A DNA stretch of 64,000 bases from the human T2T-CHM13v2.0 reference genome, Homo sapiens. The position numbers and the translations under genes are program-made. Positions within the stretch are counted from its first letter, which is position 1. Each line of letters begins with the position of its first letter. The stretch lies in NCBI RefSeq assembly GCF_009914755.1, contig NC_060925.1; one strand, written 5' to 3'. Below the pieces are notes generated by a model. The model did no database searches. It worked only from the letters and a program-made list of their open reading frames with translations, and had not been told where the DNA came from. Positions 45,685-64,000 of this stretch are shown here, one piece after another.

Positions 45685-45957
45685 ATTTTTTTTTTTTTTT
45701 TTTAACCTTGAGTGGCTGGAGTGCAGTGGCACGATCTCAGCTCTGCAACCTCTGCCTCTTGGGTTTGAATGATTTTTCTGCCTCAGCCTCCCAAGTAGTT
45801 GGGATTACAGCTGCCTGCCATCATGCCTGGCTAATTTTTGTATTTTTAGTAGAAACACGGTTTTGCCTTGTTGGCCAGGCTGGTCTCGAACTCCTGACCT
45901 CAGATGATCCACTTGCCTCGGCCTCCCAAAGTGCTGGGTGAGCCACTGCACCTGGCC
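45685..45957 (-). mobile_element. AluS
   Basis: Alu consensus. Confidence 0.92.
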
Positions 45958-46329
45958 AGGTTGAAGATTTTTAAGCTGTGTACAACGTTTTGGGAAAGGA
46001 AACCTGTCTTGGTGAAAGGTTGATAATCCCATAACGTTAGTTTTAGTGACCAAATGGCACTTCCACTTGAAGCCTTTTTGTAGGCTTTCCACTATAATGA
46101 ATTGAGCCTTCTTTGACACTCCCATAGCACTTTGTCATACCTTTTAGCACACTTCTCATGTGTCATAATTACTTGTTTGTATTTGGCTTCCCCATTGGAT
46201 TTTAGCTCTTCTAGAATAGGATTATTAGTTTATGGTTAATGTTGATTTTGGTAATCTTTCCTCATCCCTATCTCAGTGGTTGGCAAAATAAATGGTTCTT
46301 GAATTAGTAAATGAATAAAGAGTTTGAAT

Positions 46330-48298
46330 TTTGAATCTTTTGTCTGAATAGCTTCTCAGAATGCATCTTTTTTATATTTTTACTGATTACCGGGTTGAAT
46401 AAATTAGAAGCCACTCCTACTTCCTCTCTGCTGATACATATGTTTTAGCTAGTTAAACCTATTTTGATAGAGGAGTTCTATGACTTTAAAGGCCTATGAC
46501 TTTGCAGACACTCATACAGTGTACAGCATACCCTATGCAAATCAGCTGTCTGTTCAGGTCTTGTGTTTGTTTTCCCCATAGACATAATCCAGCCGTTAGT
46601 TATTCAAAGCAGCAGATGGGAGAAGGAATCCGTGGAAATGTGGATTTATTAGCTCTCACAATGAAAGACCACACTGGTTATGCTAAGGATTAGAAGATTT
46701 CTGCTGAATGAAAGGGACATGGATCCTGTTTTTTGTGCTATTTTCAGCAGTGTGGCAATTTCTTATGACTATAATCAGTTGTAAAAAGACCAGAAAATGA
46801 TCTTGTAAATAGACTTTCCTTCAAGCCCTAGACTGTTGGTTGCAGCTGTCATAATTATAGGAGGGACTGCTTTTCTTCCTTTTTGGGTGCAGACTGAATC
46901 TGGCCTTTAGCTATTGCTATATTTACACCTTAGGTAGTATAACTGGCTGATTGTGTGCTTTATACATACCTTTATCTGTCAAATTAGGGAATTTGGATTC
47001 ATGTCTCCTGAATTTTGTAGGAGAGTAATTATTGTAGCATGTCTTATAGTTTGGAAAAAATGATTGAATTTAATGTGTTAAACTCACTTCCTAAAAATAT
47101 AATGCTGCCTTCACTAACAATTTTGTGTGTGTGACTTGTTAGAAAGATCAGCAACTTTCCTTTGTGTTTACTAAGATTCTGACAATTACCATAAAGTTGG
47201 AAAGTTTAAACGTTGCTTATGGAGTGTGTAAGGAACAGAATCATATCATGAGAACAATCTTTCACTCTTAAAATCTAAAAGATTATGTATTTTGAGCCAT
47301 GAATTAAGAAACAGAAGCATCTTTAAACTTGGCTGAAGTTCTACTTTAAAAATGGCAGCCAGTAACCAAAGAAACAATTCTTGAGATCATTAAAGCTTGG
47401 ATAAAATGAGACTTTTTCATGCTGTGCCCTTTTAGAAGTCTGGGGGAATGGGGAGCGTTTCCTGTGACAGCACTGTAAGTGATAAACAGCTGAATGAATT
47501 TGTCCATGCTCAGAACTCACAACACGTGGACTAGCCCCCTCCTGCACATAAAAGAGCAGGGAAACCGACCTTAGCAATGATCTAGCTCCTGAAGAAAGAG
47601 GCTTTCGTTACTGTCCAAGAAGTGAAGACCAGTGAGTCTAGCGATAAAGAAACAAAAGAGCCCCTGACAGTATCGAAAGAATCTGACATTTGCTTTGTCT
47701 GTACAAAGGATGAAAGGAATTTTGCCGACTTAGTCAAAACAATAACTGGTTTTATATCATTTTGAGTCTAAAATACAGGCATCAGAATCGTATGTTTTTC
47801 TTTGTATTTCTGAAGAATTGTCATCTTTTTAAAAACGTATGTGGAGTGGTTTTGTTTCTGGAAAGGAAAACGTGACATGGATTTTATAAGCTTAGTAGCT
47901 GTAGGTGGAGACTCTTGTTTTGTTTGCTAAACCTTTTTAATAAGCAGCAAAGTCAGGATATCAAAGATTGGAATTTTTCCCCCGGAACCTTTTGTTCTTT
48001 TCTTAGTACTTCAAATAATTTCAACCAAAGGGGTATGCATGGAAAATGAAAACAAATATGAAGTCTTTCCGCTATTTGGCAGTGCTTCAGATGAGATGTA
48101 TCTATACTTCTGTGAAGAAAGACGTGATTCTGATATGAGGCAGTGATTGTATACTTACGCTGGACAGAGGGATAACTGGTTTAGTGGAACAGTGGGTTAG
48201 TGGTGTGCTGAAAGGATTGTTTGCCTCTTTATCCAGCAGTAAGTAGGCACTAGTAGTTGACTGTCTGGGGAGTGGCTTTTTTTTGTCTGATATCTATT
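46330..48298 (+). promoter_or_regulatory. Putative internal MAST2 promoter and 5' leader
   Basis: About 2 kb without recognisable repeats directly upstream of the alternative ATG; E-box CACGTG 47523-47528, TATA-like CATAAAA 47547-47553, GATAAA+CAGCTG 47481-47492, CAGCTG 46843, ATGCAAAT+CAGCTG 46535-46548. TSS not determinable from sequence. Confidence 0.55.
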
Positions 48299-48337
48299 AT
48301 GGATGATTCCAGTATTCTGAGAAGGAGAGGGTTACAG
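48299..48337 (+). CDS. MAST2: Alternative first coding exon of MAST2 encoding MDDSSILRRRGLQ (phase 0)
   Basis: Strong Kozak (ATTATGG), in-frame upstream stops TAG TAG 48251-48256, consensus donor CAG|GTGAGT at 48338, same exit phase as exon 3; peptide nearly identical to the recalled MAST3/MAST4-isoform start MDESS(L/I)LRRRGLQ-KELSLPRRG. Confidence 0.88.
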
Positions 48338-48777
48338 GTGAGTAAAAGAAAACCTTTTTCACTGATCTCCTTCCTTTTAATGTCTCTTGTAAATGTACTG
48401 AACAGATTGTTATAATGTATTTAATTCATTTGAGGTAGGAGGCAGAGTGGAGTGCAGCTAAGTTCCTCTTTATTCTTTGATGTATAGTTATAATTAGAGA
48501 ACTTATCTAAAATCTTGCTATTTTGATAGAAAAATGCTGCTTGGGCTTATTTACACTGTATTTAGTGAGTAGAGCAACTAAATCAGACCTGTATGGGATA
48601 CAAGCCTAATTTAGAACATTAGACATTACTGCTGACAGATTGTTTACGGTGAACATATTCTGTTCCTGACCACCATGCCTGATCTGCCCACCATTAAGTC
48701 ACATGTATGGTAGTATATGCTTGATTCTATGCATAGTTTTAAGAACTTTTCTAAATTATCACTTGGCATATACACAT

Positions 48778-48856
48778 TCCATCCACTTATCTATTGTCTG
48801 TCTGTGTTGTCTGTCCATCCATCCGTCTGTCTGTCTACCTACCTACCTACCTACCA
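48778..48856. repeat. Compound tetranucleotide microsatellite (TCTG/TCCA/CTAC)
   Basis: Direct read. Confidence 0.85.
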
Positions 48857-49945
48857 TCTTTTCCTTCTTAAATCATAGGTAGTTTGTTAGATGAAGAGGT
48901 ATGTAAGATATAACAGTGAATGAAAATAGACTGATAGGCAACCTTCAACTGAGTTTTAATGAATATCCTTAGCACTAAAAGAATACATGCCAAATTTGAT
49001 GATTATTTTTTTCATGCTTTGTAGATTATCTCATCTTAGTCTTGTTAGCAAAGAGCAAGCCAGCTTCTAGTCTATCACTAAATGTTTTTGAGAATTGACA
49101 TAATGAAGATTCTAGTGTAAATCACTGAGCTAATCAATCAACCTGTGATGGTTTAGTCATGAAATGTAGCTATTTCTGTTGTTTTCATTTTGTTTATTTG
49201 ACATTATTTATAAAGCACTTTTTTTGTACAAAATACCTAAGGATTTTAAAATTATCATGAATTAACATTATTTTAGTTTCTTTAAAGTTCTCAGGTAGAA
49301 AATGTATAGGATTAGTAAACTTAAAATATAAATTTAAACAAATTGTATTGTTTCTAGTTATTATATGTACTTCTTATTGATGGTGCTGTAAACATTCAGA
49401 GCCCGTAGGGAGAACCCACTGAATCTTTAGCAGTTGACCAGTATGACCTGGGCTTTAAAAGTCAATAACATAAACTCCAGCGCCTTATACTAATTTCTCC
49501 TGTTAGCACAGTTGATTCGATGAGATTTGTCCCTTGATTTCTTGGGGTTATTTTGAGTAGTATTTATTTAGTACTGTACTCAGATGACCTCTCATAAGTA
49601 GTGATGTATGTTCAAGCAGCTGCTAATTAAAAATGGCTGGCTCTGTAAGCCCATTTAGTTGCACTGCTTATTTATATCTTTATTTCTCTTTAGTTGCTAG
49701 GATTCAGAAAGGGAATCCTATTTGTTGAATGGGAAATATTTTCTGTTTTGTGTTAAATCATTCATTTTCTCCCTGATGCCTGAGTCAGTCTCTAGTATTT
49801 GCTACCTTGTTTACTGATGCCCTTCCTCTCGAGTCTTTGTTTCTATCTAGCAGGAGTTCTAAACTGCCAGATTACATAGCACTGGAAGATCTTTTCCTAC
49901 AGCCTTATACTTATAAAAAATTTTTCCCCTATTTATTTTGTCTAC

Positions 49946-50248
<303 letters not shown>

Positions 50249-50967
50249 ATTTTGCCTATTTTTAAAAAATAAACTTTAAGGTTCATTCTCCAGAAGATTG
50301 CTTTGGAACATTCCAAAACAGAGCTAACGCTTGAAAAGCAGCAGTTTAGATTATTTGTTTTAAATAGTTACATTATAATATAAAGATTTAAAGGTAAGTT
50401 TTATTAATAGATTTATATAAATAAACACACAAAGGTAAAGTGTGCCTGGTGGTACAGGTAATCTACTGGGTAACCTCAGATTTGAAGGTGAAAATCCAAA
50501 TAAATATTTGGCTTCGCTAATTGCTTTCTGGTGAAATAGATTTCCTAAAACTTTTCCAGAAGATCAGCTAAGACACAGCCTACTTTGATACCTCCAGGTT
50601 TTTCCGCAGAGTTTCTTGGGGAGGTAGCAGAATAGTAAATAGGGCATTTAGAAGTTCCGTGACAGCAAAGACCTTGTCTATTTTGTTCAAATTACAGTTC
50701 TGCCATGTTCTAGTCATATAACCACAGCCAAATTTCATTTCATTTCTGTACTCCACTGGTATATTGAGAGTAGACAGTGGAGGCAAGGGCTGCAGCAAAA
50801 AGACCAATTATGAGACTGTTGTGGTCAAAAAAAGCAAGAAATAATAACAGATTGGAGGGGTGATAGCAGTGGACGATGTGGAGGACTTTCTTATTGGCCA
50901 TTTTTACAGATACGTGAAGCTCAGTAGCTTCCTCAAGGACAGACAAGTAGGTGTATGGCCAGGCTAG

Positions 50968-51245
50968 ATGTATAGGTTAGGGTACTCTGAACTACAAGTA
51001 ACAGAAATTTTGACTCTGAGTGGTTTAAATGTTAGGTAAATGTATTGACTCACAACAATGAAGTCCAGAGGTTGGATGGGTTTCAGAGTTGGGTAGTCTG
51101 GTGTATTTGCTCAGCTTCATTGCTCTTTTGCCTTCCTCTGTGTTTTGGCCTCATTCTCAAGCTTGCTTCCTATGTGTTAGAAAAAGAACTGTAGCAGTTT
51201 CAGTCTGCACAGTCACACACTACAACATCCCTACATCTTAATGGT
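50968..51245. mobile_element. Old MaLR LTR fragment (MLT1J/K-like)
   Basis: GTTAGGGTACTCTGAACTACAAGTAACAGAAA...GAAGTCCAGAGGT motif. Confidence 0.55.
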
Positions 51246-53079
51246 AAAAGGACATCTGGGAGATTATGTGTGAGCATCTTTTCTTTACACTGGAGGAGCC
51301 TCTGTCGGTGTAGGAATTGACACTGTTTTGCTTGAAAAGCTGTTCAAGTTGGGTCTTTTTTGTGGTAAAAATTGGCTTTCATCTTACATCTACTTTTGAA
51401 GCATCTACACATGGAGAGACATTTGAGATTGAAGTTCCTTGTGAATTGAAGGAGGTGCTTTTATACTTGCCCTGTTTCCCAATCAACTTTATGGGGGATG
51501 ATTTTAACTTTGAAAGGTCAGGGACTAGCCACCATAAGCAAATTTTTGTTATCAACTCTCTTAGTGCCATAATTTCCACATTATTTGCCCATAAGGCACA
51601 TATAGTAATCTGTCTTCATTGTATAGACAGTGCAATTTCCCAGGTTCTGAATTGAAAATATTTGTTGTGCTGATAAAATTATTGCCTTCAGGCAAAAACT
51701 AAATTGTATAGTATTTTTATGCACCCCCCCCAACCCCCTGCTTGCTTTTTGCCTTTGCTGTTCAAAAACGAGAGTACTTAGAGTGTCATTGTTTACGGGT
51801 ACTTAATTATTTTGGAGGATATATGACAACATAATGCATACTGGGAAGCATTATTATTGAGAAAGCCTTGGGACTTTTTTTATTTTGCAAATTATGACTG
51901 TCATAAATTATGGTCATCTTACAAAATGTGATTCAGCTAATTTTTAGTCTTTAAAAACAAAATCTTCAAGAACCAGGTAGATTTCAAACATTCAATTTCT
52001 TCTTGAAATTTCATTTTAAAAAGGCTGATGACATGGATAAAAATGTAACCTAATTATTTGCTTCTGTTGTTCTACATTTCCTTGTTCTTTTCTGTGGGAA
52101 GCTTGATAAAAGAAACATTTCAGTTTGTACTCTTCAGTTTTTAGTACCACTAAGATATTTTCATCAAGTCAGTAAATTAGATGGCTTTGAAGGTTAAGGA
52201 ATTTATCTCACTCTTGTCCCTCTTCTTTGCCCTGACTCATGTATTCCTATTCTATGTTGCAGCTACACCAGTCTTGTACCTTTGTTTGTTTTTTTCATAG
52301 TCATTTTTTTCTGACATTCCCCCCATTCCTGAGTGGTTTTATCCTCCTTTTCTACCTATCAACCTTCTGATAATCCCCATGCAGTTAAAACCTGAGTACC
52401 TAATTTTCAAATATTATAGTCATTATGGGTAACTCCAGTATCTTTGTAGACAAGGATAATCAGTCCAGCCTCAGATCTTTAGAGTTCCTTGGCTATCTGG
52501 AGTCTGTGTTAACAATACATTCCTGTAGATGCCATGTATTCTGTAGAGGGAACTGTTTGATTCAGAAATCTTACAGTGATTTACAGTTACATCCCTTGAT
52601 CACCTCTGAATTAAATTCTGGTGTTCTCTGTGTAAATCTAGATCACAAATTGGTGGTCTGGTGACTGTTTCCTGTAGATATATTTTATTTAGCCACCTTT
52701 GGAGATTTAAAGAAAAATCAACCAACATAGTCTCTATCAGTCCCCTTTTGTTTTATCCTCTGCTGCTTTATGTATTTACTGAATTTCATCTATTCTAAGG
52801 CTCACATCTTTTTACTTTATAACAGCTTTGAAATAGCGGTGTTACTCTTGATGGTGTGTTATACGTTAATTGGCCAGGCTTATTTTTGTTTTGCATTTTA
52901 AAAAATGTTTCTTACTGTTACAAAAAATAACAGTGTCTTTTGCAATTGATAGTTTTTCAGATTTGATAAAGTACAGTATATTACCTTACTGGCTTATTAA
53001 AGCATTTGAGTTTGCACCATTTGTTTCTCAATGTAAAGACCTCCACCTTTTTTTAGCTCTCTCCCTTTCCTTTTTCTAA

Positions 53080-57543
<4,464 letters not shown>

Positions 57544-57849
57544 AATGTTCCTTTTAAGACTAGATAGTAAATGATATTAACATAGATTTTCTTCCTCGGT
57601 AATATTTTTCTCTTCTTAAAGCATTCCGACTCTCCATGGAGTAACTACCAGCCAGGAGACTGTCAGTAAATAATATGTGATAATAGAGCATATTCTTCCC
57701 CTAGTAAAGCTTCTTGCTGAAATTATTGCAATTGATAGTTTTCATCAATGCAACTCCAAACTGGTAGGCAGGACCCTATTGTCTTATAATTGCCTTATAA
57801 TGATGATAACAATAATAGTATGAACCATTTACTTACTTGATGGATTCAT

Positions 57850-59690
<1,841 letters not shown>

Positions 59691-60039
59691 CACCTGATAT
59701 TGTAATGTATTACCAGGTATTACCAGCCTAGTTGCTGGAAGGTTATGAGTAAAATAATTTATGGTTATCTGTCTAAATGGGAGTACTCTTGCCTCAGCCA
59801 AGTTTCCTGATTGTGTAGCTTTTCTCCCCAACTTGCTGTGAATATTCCCTGGGAAAAGGAGGATTGAGAAATCATTGCTCCTTGGACTACCTTTATGTGG
59901 TTGGGCCCTTCTTGTTCCACTGTGCCTTAGTTGTCACAGAATGTACTGATCTGGAGTCCTGGGCATCAAATGCAGGCTTTTGTATAGGTGTAAGGAAGTC
60001 GGAAGGGATGGATTTCCACGGATGCGCTTCCGTGCCTCT

Positions 60040-63790
<3,751 letters not shown>

Positions 63791-63880
63791 CACAAAAGAA
63801 TTGCAATCAAATACTGAATTTTAGCAAAAATAATTTTATAAAATAAGCGAATTTTACAAAAATAAGGCATATTAAACTTA

Positions 63881-64000
<120 letters not shown>

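Noticed and set aside
49810-49860. Branch point + pyrimidine tract + TAGCAG acceptor
   Set aside because: No nearby strong donor and an early stop; such sites are common in long introns.
51317-51655. 112-aa ORF in unique sequence
   Set aside because: No recognisable protein, non-ATG start, no convincing splice signals; could still be a non-coding element.

Overview
Primate (most likely human) genomic DNA from inside the MAST2 gene (microtubule-associated Ser/Thr kinase 2, + strand). It holds the end of intron 1, coding exons 2 (7636-7783) and 3 (12642-12784), and most of the >51 kb intron 3. Exon numbering, gene, parent-gene and repeat-subfamily names are from recalled sequences, not database searches; repeat boundaries are approximate. 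Intron 3 contains a short alternative coding first exon (MDDSSILRRRGLQ, 48299-48337), resembling the MAST3/MAST4 N-terminus, in a repeat-free promoter-like island. The rest is repeats: about 50 Alu/FLAM copies (mostly antisense), many L1 fragments, L2/MIR, several solo LTRs, a full-length Hsmar1 mariner and MER1B. There is also a full-length TMA16 processed pseudogene nested in a FLAM tail and a 3'UTR-only retrocopy. Apart from 12659-12901 (overlapping exon 3), ORF-track entries are repeat/pseudogene-derived or chance ORFs. Most notable: exon 3 starts with a strong 5' splice site (recursive-splicing candidate); exons 2+3 would form a stop-free 291-nt circular ORF; and four separate locally templated or fold-back insertions are preserved in old repeats.
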